NCBI GenBank assembly: GCA_021786105.1
Contig: JAJYNW010000006.1
Span: 1 to 64,000 of the forward strand
Direction: 5' to 3'
DNA length: 64,000 nucleotides
Origin: a bacterium
GTDB taxonomy: Bacteria > Patescibacteriota > Microgenomatia > Daviesbacterales > UBA10151
Each line of letters starts with the position of its first letter. Position 1 is the stretch's first letter. Below the pieces are notes generated by a model. The model made no database searches. It was not told the origin of the DNA and saw nothing but the letters and a program-made list of their open reading frames with translations. Both the position numbers and the translations under genes were made by a program. Positions 26,845-37,080 of this stretch are shown here, in pieces.

Positions 26845-28872
26845 ATGAAGAAAACTTTAAAAAAGATTAATTTAGTATGGAAGAAAGTTGAAAAACCTGC
26901 AAAAATTGCCGGGAAGATTTTAGAGTGGGGAGTTTTTGCTGTTTTGGTTTTAATCTTTACCGTAGTGTTATCACCGCTTCTGCCGACTAAAAAATATGTT
27001 TCTACTTATATTGTGTCTTCCGGTTCAATGGAGCCAACAATCAAAACCGGCTCAATCGCTTTTATTCAGCCGATAAAAGCAGATCAGGTTAAAGAAGGAG
27101 ATATTGTTACTTTTACCCAACCAACAGATTCGACAAAAATTATCCTGCACCGGATTTTTAAAGCAGAAAACCAGAATGGAAATTTAAGTTTTCAAACCAA
27201 GGGTGACTATAATAATGGCCCGGATATGTGGAACGTCCCTTCCACTTTAATGCAGGGGAAATATATTGCAGCCGTTCCTTATTTAGGGTATCCGGCCATG
27301 CTAATGAAAACTCCAAAAGGTTTTGCTATAATAGTCGGCATTCCTGCCCTGCTCCTGCTCTTCCTGCAAATTAAAAAAATAAAGGAGGGTATTGAAGAAG
27401 AAGTCCAGAAAAGAACTGAGAGAGCTTTAAAGAAAGCAAAGCCTGTTAAAACTGACCTTTTAAGTATTTTGATGGCGGTAACCTTACTTTCTATACTTAC
27501 TGGTTACAGCAGTATGAAATCAGTATCAGCTCTTTTTGTGTCTAAGGTAATGGTCAGCGGAGTTTCCATTTCCGTTAAGGATTTTGTGCCTCCGCCGGTC
27601 CCAGCCTTACTTTTGCCAGAGAATAATTCCAGCAGAAACACTAATGGGATGGTGATGGATTGGACTGATGTTTCTGATTATAAAGATATGCACAATCCGG
27701 TTTATTATATTTACCAAAGCGCTTACGATCCAGATTTTAAATCTGTTGCTTATACTTCCGCGCATCTTGCTGTTTCCCAAATTCCCGCTCCAGGAACTCC
27801 TAATGGAATTTATTATTGGCATGTTAAGGCTTGCGACTCCATCGATAATTGTTCGGCCTGGTCAGATGCATGGAAGGTAACTGTGGACAATACTCCTGCA
27901 CCTTCACTTACCCCCACAGCTACACCAAGTGCTACCCCAACTCCAACACCTTCCCCCACACCATCCCCTTCTCCTAGCGTGGTTATCAATGAAGTGATGT
28001 GGATGGGGTCGACTAAATCTGTGGCTGATGAATGGCTGGAGCTTCGTAATATGACTGATCATGAAATTGATCTTTCTAGCTGGCAAATTGAAAATGCAGT
28101 TTCCGGAGAGGGTGGCCATTTAGAAATTCCTGCACATAAAGTTATTCCGGCAAATGGATATTTCCTAATTTCCAACTACGAAGATGATGAGACTCATTCA
28201 GCTTTAAATGGGAGTTTACATATAGATTACCAGACAACAAGCATAAATTTTGAAAATGATTATAGGGAAAATGGGGCTTTGATTCTTAAAGACAAAGATA
28301 AAAATGTGATAGATTCAACCCCGGATCCAGTTTCTGGTAATTGGCCGGTGGGAAATGATGCTGGTTCAACCGGTTTGCATCAGTCCATGGAAAGAAATAA
28401 TATTCCCGGAGATGGGAGGTTGGTCAGTAGTTGGCATGCCTGCACTGATTCAGCTTGCCAAAGCACGGATTACTGGACTGTGAGTGGGGATAATTATGGA
28501 ACTCCCAGGGCTTTAAATCATTCTGACAATGATCCAAGTACGACACCAACACCAACTCCTACTCCCACGCCCGCCCCAACACCAACTCCGACACCATCGA
28601 CAACAATCAATCCGGTTCCTGAATCGTCACCGTCAGCAAATTTAGGTTCCTCATCCGAGCCGGAACCTGAAGCATCTTTATCTCCGGCTCCTTCGTCTGC
28701 TCCTGAACCAAGCATGACACCGGTTCCTTCAGCGAGTCCGTCACCAACGCCGTCAGCAGAACCTGCCTCGAGTCCGGAGCCCTCTCCCACCCCTTCACCG
28801 TCACCTGTAACTGGATCTGTTTCAACTCCGGAGCCATCGCCGTCTGCAACTCCTGCCCCCAAACGAAAATGA
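26845..28872 (+). CDS. sipW: SipW-type signal peptidase I fused to Ig-like and lamin-tail domains with Pro/Ser/Thr tail
   Basis: SGSMEP, GDIVTF, HR, TKGDYN, PYLG; VVINEVMW...DEWLELRN lamin-tail motif. Confidence 0.85.
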   Translation: MKKTLKKINLVWKKVEKPAKIAGKILEWGVFAVLVLIFTVVLSPLLPTKKYVSTYIVSSGSMEPTIKTGSIAFIQPIKADQVKEGDIVTFTQPTDSTKIILHRIFKAENQNGNLSFQTKGDYNNGPDMWNVPSTLMQGKYIAAVPYLGYPAMLMKTPKGFAIIVGIPALLLLFLQIKKIKEGIEEEVQKRTERALKKAKPVKTDLLSILMAVTLLSILTGYSSMKSVSALFVSKVMVSGVSISVKDFVPPPVPALLLPENNSSRNTNGMVMDWTDVSDYKDMHNPVYYIYQSAYDPDFKSVAYTSAHLAVSQIPAPGTPNGIYYWHVKACDSIDNCSAWSDAWKVTVDNTPAPSLTPTATPSATPTPTPSPTPSPSPSVVINEVMWMGSTKSVADEWLELRNMTDHEIDLSSWQIENAVSGEGGHLEIPAHKVIPANGYFLISNYEDDETHSALNGSLHIDYQTTSINFENDYRENGALILKDKDKNVIDSTPDPVSGNWPVGNDAGSTGLHQSMERNNIPGDGRLVSSWHACTDSACQSTDYWTVSGDNYGTPRALNHSDNDPSTTPTPTPTPTPAPTPTPTPSTTINPVPESSPSANLGSSSEPEPEASLSPAPSSAPEPSMTPVPSASPSPTPSAEPASSPEPSPTPSPSPVTGSVSTPEPSPSATPAPKRK

Positions 28873-29987
28873 AAAAAATACTTAAAGTTTTAATATTGGT
28901 TTTGATAGGTTTTTCCTTTTTTCCGGCTTTGGCAAGGGCAGCAGACTTGAATATCGATTGCAATTCTTCTGACTGCACCAAAACCGGGCTGGAACCTATT
29001 TTCAGTACTGCTCTTGATGGAGTCTGGCATCCTGGAAGGATTATTACCAAGACGATTAATTTGAAAAATTCGGGAGCAGATACTAGTGAAATGGCTATTA
29101 AGGGAACAAGGGTGGGTGAGGCTGGTGCTTTAGAGCAAGTGATGAATGTCAGTTTGTCGGCGCCGGAAGGGCCGGTAATCTGGGCCGGCAGTTTGGCTGA
29201 TTTTTATGCCCAGGACGTAATCAGGATGGGTGTTTTTGAGCCGGGTAAGGATTTGGATTATAACTTTACAGTCGGTATGGACTACGGGGCGGGTAACGAT
29301 TACCAGAATTTGCAGGCAACTATGGATCTTTCCGTAGGTTTTTGGACTGAACCACCTTCCAGCCCCACTCCGTCTCCGGCCTCAACTTCCAACGGCAACG
29401 GGAGTAGAGATGTATTGGGGGCAGGAGTCAGTGCTCCTTCTTGTAATGATGCCAAGCCGGCAACTCCTAATCTACTTTCAGCTGTAGTTACCGGTCCGAA
29501 CCAGGTTACTTTAAACTGGTCTAAAGCTGATGGTAGTGTCAGCTATTACCTGGTGGCTTATGGGCTGGAATCCGGGAAGATGCTTTATGGCAATCCTAAT
29601 GTGGGGGGTGCAGATACCACTTCTTATACGGTTAATGATTTATCCGGCGGAACAACTTATTATTTTAAAGTCAGGGCCGGTAACGGTTGCACCCCGGGAG
29701 AGCTTTCCAACGAATTATCAGCCACCCCAGGAGGCCAGGCAGTAACCGGTACTCCGGCAGGCTTTTTGCCGGGTGTTTTAGGAGTGACAAACGAAGAAGC
29801 AGTGCCTTCGTCAGAGCCGGAGAGTTCCCAATCAGGTATTTTAGGTGCTGAAACATCACCAAAACCGAAAGAGGCTGTAATAGTGGGAGGTTTTATGGGT
29901 AAACTGGGTTGGTTTGTTTTAGGACCTGTGGCATTATTTGTTTTTCTTTTCGGACGCAAGCTTTTAGGTAAAAGATTTCCGTTTTAG
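28869..29987 (+). CDS. Exported protein: TasA-like domain, fibronectin III domain, C-terminal TM
   Basis: WHPG...INLKNSG; VTLNW...YTVNDLSGGTTYYFKVRAGN. Confidence 0.8.
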   Translation: MKKILKVLILVLIGFSFFPALARAADLNIDCNSSDCTKTGLEPIFSTALDGVWHPGRIITKTINLKNSGADTSEMAIKGTRVGEAGALEQVMNVSLSAPEGPVIWAGSLADFYAQDVIRMGVFEPGKDLDYNFTVGMDYGAGNDYQNLQATMDLSVGFWTEPPSSPTPSPASTSNGNGSRDVLGAGVSAPSCNDAKPATPNLLSAVVTGPNQVTLNWSKADGSVSYYLVAYGLESGKMLYGNPNVGGADTTSYTVNDLSGGTTYYFKVRAGNGCTPGELSNELSATPGGQAVTGTPAGFLPGVLGVTNEEAVPSSEPESSQSGILGAETSPKPKEAVIVGGFMGKLGWFVLGPVALFVFLFGRKLLGKRFPF

Positions 29988-30054
29988 CTACTGTATTTTC
30001 GGGTCTTCTTCGTGTTAAAATTGGCATTAACGATACAATGTTTAAATCGTTTAT

Positions 30055-30135
30055 GTCATCCTGAGCGAGCGAAGTGAGCCGAAGGGACTCTGTCATGTTT
30101 CGAGATTGCTTCGTCACTTCGTTTCTCGCAATGAC
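30055..30135. repeat. GTCAT...ATGAC palindromic REP-like element in the uvrB leader
   Basis: GTCATCCTGAGCGAGCGAAG...GAGATTGCTTCG...CTCGCAATGAC. Confidence 0.8.
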
Positions 30136-30143
30136 TGGAAAAT

Positions 30144-32117
30144 ATGGCAAATTTCAAAATTATTTCCGATTTTAAGCCTACCGGCGATCAGCCGCAGGCA
30201 ATAGACAAGCTGGCAACTGGCATTAATGCCGGAAAAGAAAACCAGGTTCTGTTAGGTGTAACCGGTTCCGGTAAAACCTTTTCCATGGCTAATGTTATTC
30301 AAAAAGTACAAAGGCCGACTTTAATTATTTCCCACAATAAAACTTTGGCCGGACAACTGGCCCAAGAATTTAGATCCATTTTTCCCAACAATGCCGTGGA
30401 ATATTTTGTGTCTTATTACGATTATTATCAACCGGAGGCGTATATTCCCCAATCCGATACTTACATTGAGAAGGAAACGCAAATTAATGAGGAAATTGAA
30501 AAATTAAGGCTGTCAACTACTGCCTCTTTGTTGAGTCGCCGGGATGTCGTGGTGGTGGCCTCGGTTTCCTGCATCTATAACTTGGGTTCTCCCGTCGAAT
30601 ACGGCCAGGCGATTTTGGAAATCGGCCGCGGTATGAAGGCCGGTATGCAGCAGGTAATGAAAATCCTGCAAAAGATGTATTATGACCGGAATGATATTGA
30701 GTTCAAGCGGGGTACTTACCGGGTCCGCGGTGATACTTTGGATATTTTTCCTTCTTATATGGATCAAGGTTACAGGTTACAGTTTTTAGGTGACAGAGTA
30801 GAAAAAATAAGCCAACTGGAAGTTGTAACAGGAAATACTACGGAAACACAAGGCACGCAGACTGTTTATCCAGCTAAGCATTACATTACTCCGGAGCAAA
30901 GGATTGTGCCCGGGATAAAACAAATTGAGATTGATTTGGAAAACCGGCTTAAGCAGCTAAAATCCAGCGGAAAGTTAGTGGAAGCGCAAAGGTTAGAACA
31001 AAGGACTCATTATGATTTGGAAATGATCCGGCAGTTTGGTTATTGTAACGGAATTGAGAATTACTCGCGCTATTTTGACGGCCGGGAGCCGGGCGACGCA
31101 CCATTTACCTTAATGGATTACTTTCCCAAGGATTTCCTGCTGATTGTTGATGAGTCACACATTACCATTCCGCAAATTAGGGGGATGTATAATGGAGACC
31201 GTTCCCGTAAAGAAACTTTGATTGATTTTGGTTTCCGGCTGCCGTCGGCTTTGGATAACCGGCCGCTTAAGTTCGACGAATTCCAACGAAGAATTAACCA
31301 GGTTGTTTATGTGTCCGCCACGCCGGATGAGTACGAATTGTCGTTGACTGGTCAAGACGGAGTGGTCGAGCAATTGGTCAGGCCCACCGGGATTTTGGAT
31401 CCGGAAATTTCTGTGAGACCAATTCAGGGACAAATTGAGGATTTGATTGGGGAAATTAAAATCCGGGTGGAAAAGGGTGAGCGGACTTTGGTGACCACTT
31501 TAACCAAAAGGACAGCAGAAGATTTAGCAGAATATATGCATGATAAAGGAATTAAAGTGCACTATCTTCATTCTGATGTGGCCACTTTGGAAAGAGGAGA
31601 TATTTTGCAGTCGTTACGGCTGGGGGAGTATGACGTGATTGTGGGAATTAACCTTTTGCGGGAAGGATTGGATTTGCCGGAAGTTTCTTTGGTGGCTATT
31701 TTGGATGCGGATAAGGAAGGATTTTTAAGATCGAGAACTTCTTTAATTCAGACCATGGGACGGGCTGCAAGGCATGTTAAAGGGCAGGTAATCATGTATG
31801 CGGATAATGTGACCAAGTCCATGAAAGCAGCCATGGATGAGGTAGAAAGAAGAAGGAAATATCAGCAGGAATATAACAAAAAACATAACATTACCCCCAA
31901 AAGTATTGAAAAAGCTTTGCGGGAAAGATTGATTGAAAAAGTAGAGGAGTTGGAGGAAGAATTAGGTAAAAAAGATTTGACCATTGATGATATTCCGGTA
32001 AAAGAACGGAAAAAGATGCTGGAAAACCTGGAGGCTCAAATGAAGCAAGCAGCAGAAATTTTGGACTTTGAAGAAGCAGCCAGAATAAGGGATCAAATTA
32101 AAGAACTGACCATCTAA
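30144..32117 (+). CDS. uvrB: Excinuclease ABC subunit B
   Basis: GVTGSGKT, YYDYYQPEAY, DESH, UVR tail. Confidence 0.98.
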   Translation: MANFKIISDFKPTGDQPQAIDKLATGINAGKENQVLLGVTGSGKTFSMANVIQKVQRPTLIISHNKTLAGQLAQEFRSIFPNNAVEYFVSYYDYYQPEAYIPQSDTYIEKETQINEEIEKLRLSTTASLLSRRDVVVVASVSCIYNLGSPVEYGQAILEIGRGMKAGMQQVMKILQKMYYDRNDIEFKRGTYRVRGDTLDIFPSYMDQGYRLQFLGDRVEKISQLEVVTGNTTETQGTQTVYPAKHYITPEQRIVPGIKQIEIDLENRLKQLKSSGKLVEAQRLEQRTHYDLEMIRQFGYCNGIENYSRYFDGREPGDAPFTLMDYFPKDFLLIVDESHITIPQIRGMYNGDRSRKETLIDFGFRLPSALDNRPLKFDEFQRRINQVVYVSATPDEYELSLTGQDGVVEQLVRPTGILDPEISVRPIQGQIEDLIGEIKIRVEKGERTLVTTLTKRTAEDLAEYMHDKGIKVHYLHSDVATLERGDILQSLRLGEYDVIVGINLLREGLDLPEVSLVAILDADKEGFLRSRTSLIQTMGRAARHVKGQVIMYADNVTKSMKAAMDEVERRRKYQQEYNKKHNITPKSIEKALRERLIEKVEELEEELGKKDLTIDDIPVKERKKMLENLEAQMKQAAEILDFEEAARIRDQIKELTI

Positions 32118-32192
32118 CCCCTTTAAAAGTCTTGCAAAATAGTTTAAAATAGGTGCTTACTTTTCGGGAAAAATTCGTCCCCAAAATTTTTT

Positions 32193-35132
32193 ATGGCTAT
32201 AGATAAGATTACTATTAAAGGTGCTCGTGAGCATAATTTAAAAAATATTGACTTGGAAATTCCTAAAAACAAGCTGGTGGTTTTGGTGGGCATTTCCGGT
32301 TCAGGTAAATCTTCTTTAGCTTTTGATACATTGTATGCGGAAGGCCAAAGGCGGTATGTGGAATCTTTATCTTCCTATGCCCGGCAATTTTTAGGCGTAA
32401 TGGATAAGCCGGATGTGGATATGATTGAAGGCTTGTCTCCGGCCATTTCCATTGATCAAAAAGGCGTTTCTCACAACCCCCGTTCTACAGTTGGTACTAC
32501 CACGGAGATCTATGATTATATGAGGCTATTGTTTGCCCGGGTTGGTCACCCCCATTGTCCGGTTTGCGGCCGGGAAGTTTCCAAAATGTCAGTGGAACAG
32601 ATTGCAGAAAAGGTGACGCAACTTCGTCATCCTGAACTCGTTTCAGGATCTGATAAAGAGATTCCGAAACAAGTTCGGAATGACAAAAGAGGTCGGAGGA
32701 TAATGATTTTGGCTCCGGTGGTTAAAGACCGAAAAGGGGAATATAGCCAAATGTTTGAGGATTTTAGGAAAAAAGGATTTTCCAAAGTTAGGGTTGACGG
32801 GCAAGTCAGGGATTTATCAGATGATTTTGTTTTGATTAAAACTAATAAACATACGATTGATTTGGTGATAGATCGGTTAGTTCTGGATACAAAAAGTGCA
32901 CAAGATCAAACTTTGTACTCAAGATTATCCCAAAGTATTGAAACAGCGCTCAAATTTGGTGAAGGAGCCGTGATTGTTTCTGATGTTTTGGATGCTGCTT
33001 TGGAATTCCCTCCAAATCCCAAGAAAATGGAAGATCATCTTTATTCAGAAAGGTTTGCTTGTCCGGTAGACAATATTTCTCTGCCGGAAATTGAACCAAG
33101 ATTATTGTCTTTTAATTCTCCGCATGGCGCTTGCCCGAAATGTTTAGGCTTGGGAACGCTTTTAGAGATAGATGAAACCACTATTTTAAATCCGATTTTA
33201 TCAATTGCTGAAGGCGGAATATTGCCCTGGTCAAAACTGGTTACCAACGACACCTGGTTTACCAGGCTGATTGAGGCGGTCGGAAAAAAATATGGCTTTG
33301 ATGTGAATACCAGATTGGGAAATTTGACAGCTGAAGCCTGGCAAGTTTTGCTTCACGGGGCTCCAGACGAAGAATTTAAGGTGGAAGGCAGGAACAGGCA
33401 AGGCAAGTGGACGCATTTTTACTCAGAATTTACCGGGCTGGTGATTTACCTAAAAGAAAGATACGAAACCTCGGAATCGGATTTTGTCAAAGCAGAAATT
33501 GAAAAGTACATGGTGAAAGAAACCTGCCCGAAGTGTAAGGGCGCCAGGTTAAAAGATGAGGCTTTATCAATCACTATTAATGAATTAAATATTGCCGAGG
33601 TAACCAGTCAGTCGATCATTCAGACTTTGGAGTGGATAAAAACCATTAAACTCTCCGACAGGGAAGCTCAAATTGCCGCCCCGATTTTGAAAGAAATTAT
33701 TTCCCGGCTGCAGTTTTTAGTTGATGTCGGTTTGGATTATTTAACTTTGGATCGGGCTGCCATGACTTTGGCAGGCGGTGAGTCGCAAAGGATTAGACTG
33801 GCTTCCCAAATCGGGTCCGGGTTATCCGGAGTTTTATATGTTTTGGACGAACCGTCAATTGGTTTGCACCAGCGAGACAATTCAAGGCTGATTGAGACGT
33901 TAAAAAAACTCAAGAATCTGGGTAATACGGTGGTTGTTAATGAGCATGACGGAGAAACTATGGAAGCGGCTGATATGCTGATTGAGATTGGACCGGGAGC
34001 CGGAGAGCACGGAGGTAATATTGTTTTTGCTGGTACCCCGGATGAAATGAAAAAAAGTTCAGTTTCTTTGACCGGACAATATTTGTCAGGCAGGAAAAAA
34101 GTTGAAGTAGCAGATGATCTAAAACGAGCACCGGTGGAAATGGGTCATCTTAAAGTGCTGGGTGCAGCTGAGCATAATCTGAAAAATATTGATGTCTCTT
34201 TCCCTCTGGGGAAGTTCGTTACTGTGACTGGTGTATCCGGTTCCGGCAAGTCAACTTTGATTCACGATATTTTATATAAAGCTATGGCGCAAAAGATTTA
34301 CCGGTCCCGGGAAAGGGCAGGTTTGCATAAGAGGATTGAGGGGACGGAATACATAGATAAGGTAGTTTTGGTAGATCAATCGCCAATTGGCCGGACTCCC
34401 CGTTCAAATCCAGCTACCTACACCGGAGCTTTTACCCACATCAGGGAATTATTTGCTCAATCTCCTGAGGCTAAAATCAGAGGCTATGGCCCGGGCCGGT
34501 TTTCTTTTAATGTGAAAGGCGGCAGGTGTGAGGTTTGCGAGGGAGAAGGACAGCTGAAGATTGAAATGCAGTTTTTGCCGGATGTGTATGTGACTTGTGA
34601 GTCGTGTAACGGAGCCAGGTACAACCGGGAAGCTTTAGAGATTCGTTTTAAAGATAAAAATATCTCCGAGGTACTAAATATGACCGTGGAAGAGAGCCTG
34701 AGATTTTTTGAAAATATTCCTCAAATTAAAAATAAGCTGCAGGTGTTGTTTGATGTGGGCTTGGGCTACATTAAACTGGGTCAGCCGGCGCCCACTCTTT
34801 CCGGAGGTGAAGCCCAAAGGATTAAGCTTTCTTCGGAATTATCCAAAAGAGCAACCGGCCGAACTCTCTATATTCTGGATGAGCCCACTACAGGATTGCA
34901 TTTTGCTGATATTGAAAGGCTGTTGAATATTTTAAGGAAGCTGGTTAATTTTGGTAACACAGTGGTTATCATTGAACATAATCTGGATGTGATTAAAAAT
35001 ACAGATTGGATAATAGATTTAGGGCCGGAAGGCGGGGATAAAGGCGGGCAAATTATTGCTGAAGGTACTCCGGCTCAGCTTTGTAAAATCAAGGATTCTT
35101 ATACCGGCCAATACCTGGCAAAGATGTTGTAA
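32193..35132 (+). CDS. uvrA: Excinuclease ABC subunit A
   Basis: Two ABC domains (GSGKS, LSGGE, LDEP) and Zn fingers. Confidence 0.98.
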   Translation: MAIDKITIKGAREHNLKNIDLEIPKNKLVVLVGISGSGKSSLAFDTLYAEGQRRYVESLSSYARQFLGVMDKPDVDMIEGLSPAISIDQKGVSHNPRSTVGTTTEIYDYMRLLFARVGHPHCPVCGREVSKMSVEQIAEKVTQLRHPELVSGSDKEIPKQVRNDKRGRRIMILAPVVKDRKGEYSQMFEDFRKKGFSKVRVDGQVRDLSDDFVLIKTNKHTIDLVIDRLVLDTKSAQDQTLYSRLSQSIETALKFGEGAVIVSDVLDAALEFPPNPKKMEDHLYSERFACPVDNISLPEIEPRLLSFNSPHGACPKCLGLGTLLEIDETTILNPILSIAEGGILPWSKLVTNDTWFTRLIEAVGKKYGFDVNTRLGNLTAEAWQVLLHGAPDEEFKVEGRNRQGKWTHFYSEFTGLVIYLKERYETSESDFVKAEIEKYMVKETCPKCKGARLKDEALSITINELNIAEVTSQSIIQTLEWIKTIKLSDREAQIAAPILKEIISRLQFLVDVGLDYLTLDRAAMTLAGGESQRIRLASQIGSGLSGVLYVLDEPSIGLHQRDNSRLIETLKKLKNLGNTVVVNEHDGETMEAADMLIEIGPGAGEHGGNIVFAGTPDEMKKSSVSLTGQYLSGRKKVEVADDLKRAPVEMGHLKVLGAAEHNLKNIDVSFPLGKFVTVTGVSGSGKSTLIHDILYKAMAQKIYRSRERAGLHKRIEGTEYIDKVVLVDQSPIGRTPRSNPATYTGAFTHIRELFAQSPEAKIRGYGPGRFSFNVKGGRCEVCEGEGQLKIEMQFLPDVYVTCESCNGARYNREALEIRFKDKNISEVLNMTVEESLRFFENIPQIKNKLQVLFDVGLGYIKLGQPAPTLSGGEAQRIKLSSELSKRATGRTLYILDEPTTGLHFADIERLLNILRKLVNFGNTVVIIEHNLDVIKNTDWIIDLGPEGGDKGGQIIAEGTPAQLCKIKDSYTGQYLAKML

Positions 35133-35156
35133 AGAGATTTTTGCTACAATGAAATA

Positions 35157-37073
35157 ATGGTTAAAAGAGTTTTAGTGCTAATCGTCTTCCTGTTCTGCCT
35201 CATCTTGCCGCAAAAAGTGTCTGCTGCAGAGCTTCCAACTGGTAAGGCTGGATTTGCTACTGCTTATGATGTTTTGTACGACGTGGATGACAGCGGAATA
35301 ACCGCTGTTACTGAAAAAATCACCCTCAAAAATTTAACTTCGGAATACTATGCCAATCAATTTAAATTAACCATTGGAGCCACCCAAATTTCCGATATTA
35401 ATGCTTCTGATCCTGGCGGACCGTTGGAGGTGACTCAACAGCAACAGGCCACCACCACTACTATCGGAGTGAAATTCAACCAGCAGGTAGCAGGATTAGG
35501 GAAGAGCCTGTCTTGGACTATCTCGTTTAAATCCAAGGATTTTGCGGAAAAATCCGGTAAGGTTTGGGAAATCAGAACCCCGAAAATTTCTTCCACCTCA
35601 AATATGGAATCCTACAACCTGACTTTATCTGTACCGCAGAGCTTCGGTGAGCCTTCTTTAATCAGCCCGCTTCCCAAGAGCCAAACCATTTCTATGGGTA
35701 AAATATTTTTGACTTTTGATAAAAGCCAGCTGGAATCTTCCGGCATCTCTGCCAATTTTGGTGCAAATCAGCTGTTTGATTTTGACCTGACATATCACCT
35801 AAAAAATGACAATTGGATGCCGATTCTGACTAGTGTGGCCTTGCCTCCTGATACGTCTTTTCAGGATGTGATTTACCAAAGAATTGAGCCTAAGCCGCTT
35901 AATGTGACGGTGGATAATGACGGTAATTATTTAGCTTGGTTTTGGTTAAACCGCGGCCAGAAAACGGATGTAAAAGTTTTTGGCTCGGCAAAGCTTTATA
36001 CAAATTCTAAAGTAAAACATCCTTTTTTGGATGACACCTTACGGAGGAAATATACTGAATCTGCTAAATACTGGGAAAAGGATAACCCGCAAATTTTGGC
36101 TAAATTAAATGAAATTCTGGGCAGTAACCCGGCGGTGGATACGGAAACTAAAGCTAAGCTGATTTTTCAGTTTGTGGTGGATTACTTAAGATACGACCCC
36201 TCGAGATTGAAAGACAGTAACACGGAAAGGTTGGGCGCTGTGACAGCTTTGGCCAACCCAAATTCGGCAGTCTGTATGGAGTTTACTGATTTATTTATTG
36301 CGCTGGCCCGGGCAGCCGGCATACCGAGCCGGGAATTGGATGGGTACGCTTATACTGCCAATTCCACCTTGCGGCCACTTTCTTTGACCAAGGATATTCT
36401 TCATACCTGGCCGGAGTATTGGGATGACAGACGCGGCTGGGTTATGGTAGATCCAACCTGGGCCAATACTACCGGCGGAGTTGATTATTTTAGCAAATTA
36501 GATTTAAATCACTTTGTTTTTGCAGTAAAAGGTTTTTCCTCTACCGATCCTATCCCGGCTGGTTCTTACAAATCCGGTGATCAGGATTCCCATGATGTGA
36601 AAGTGACTTTATCCGAGAATGATTTTTTAGGTAAACCGCAGATTGATGTTCAAATTGATATCCCAAATCCGATGCTGTCCGGTCTTCCCGGAGTAATAAA
36701 ATTAAAAGTTACCAATACCGGTAATGCCGTTTATCCGTCAGCCCCATTGGCTGTAAAGGCTGATAAGCTCTTAATACTTGATTCAGCGGACCAAAGTTCC
36801 GGTTTAATCCCGCCTTTTGGTACAGCCGAGTTTAGTTTTAATACCCGGACTAAATCCCTATTTGATACTTACAATGACCAAATTTCCGTGACTGTCGGCG
36901 GACAGAAATTTACCAAAGACATTGTAGTCAAACCCTTAATATTATTCCAGGGAACACCATTTATAATAGCTTCGGTTGGAGTATTGATGGTGCTAATTTA
37001 CATATCAGTTTTAGGCGTCCACATCCATCAGAAAAGGAAGGCCAAGGGTAAGAAAAAGCACGTTAGAAAGTAG
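35157..37073 (+). CDS. Exported transglutaminase-like protein
   Basis: AVCMEF, HTWPEY, WVMVDPTW triad; N- and C-terminal TM. Confidence 0.88.
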   Translation: MVKRVLVLIVFLFCLILPQKVSAAELPTGKAGFATAYDVLYDVDDSGITAVTEKITLKNLTSEYYANQFKLTIGATQISDINASDPGGPLEVTQQQQATTTTIGVKFNQQVAGLGKSLSWTISFKSKDFAEKSGKVWEIRTPKISSTSNMESYNLTLSVPQSFGEPSLISPLPKSQTISMGKIFLTFDKSQLESSGISANFGANQLFDFDLTYHLKNDNWMPILTSVALPPDTSFQDVIYQRIEPKPLNVTVDNDGNYLAWFWLNRGQKTDVKVFGSAKLYTNSKVKHPFLDDTLRRKYTESAKYWEKDNPQILAKLNEILGSNPAVDTETKAKLIFQFVVDYLRYDPSRLKDSNTERLGAVTALANPNSAVCMEFTDLFIALARAAGIPSRELDGYAYTANSTLRPLSLTKDILHTWPEYWDDRRGWVMVDPTWANTTGGVDYFSKLDLNHFVFAVKGFSSTDPIPAGSYKSGDQDSHDVKVTLSENDFLGKPQIDVQIDIPNPMLSGLPGVIKLKVTNTGNAVYPSAPLAVKADKLLILDSADQSSGLIPPFGTAEFSFNTRTKSLFDTYNDQISVTVGGQKFTKDIVVKPLILFQGTPFIIASVGVLMVLIYISVLGVHIHQKRKAKGKKKHVRK

Positions 37074-37080
37074 CAGGCGG

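Noticed and set aside
29893-30150. 85-aa ORF containing VIARNEVTKQS
   Set aside because: Translation of the palindromic repeat
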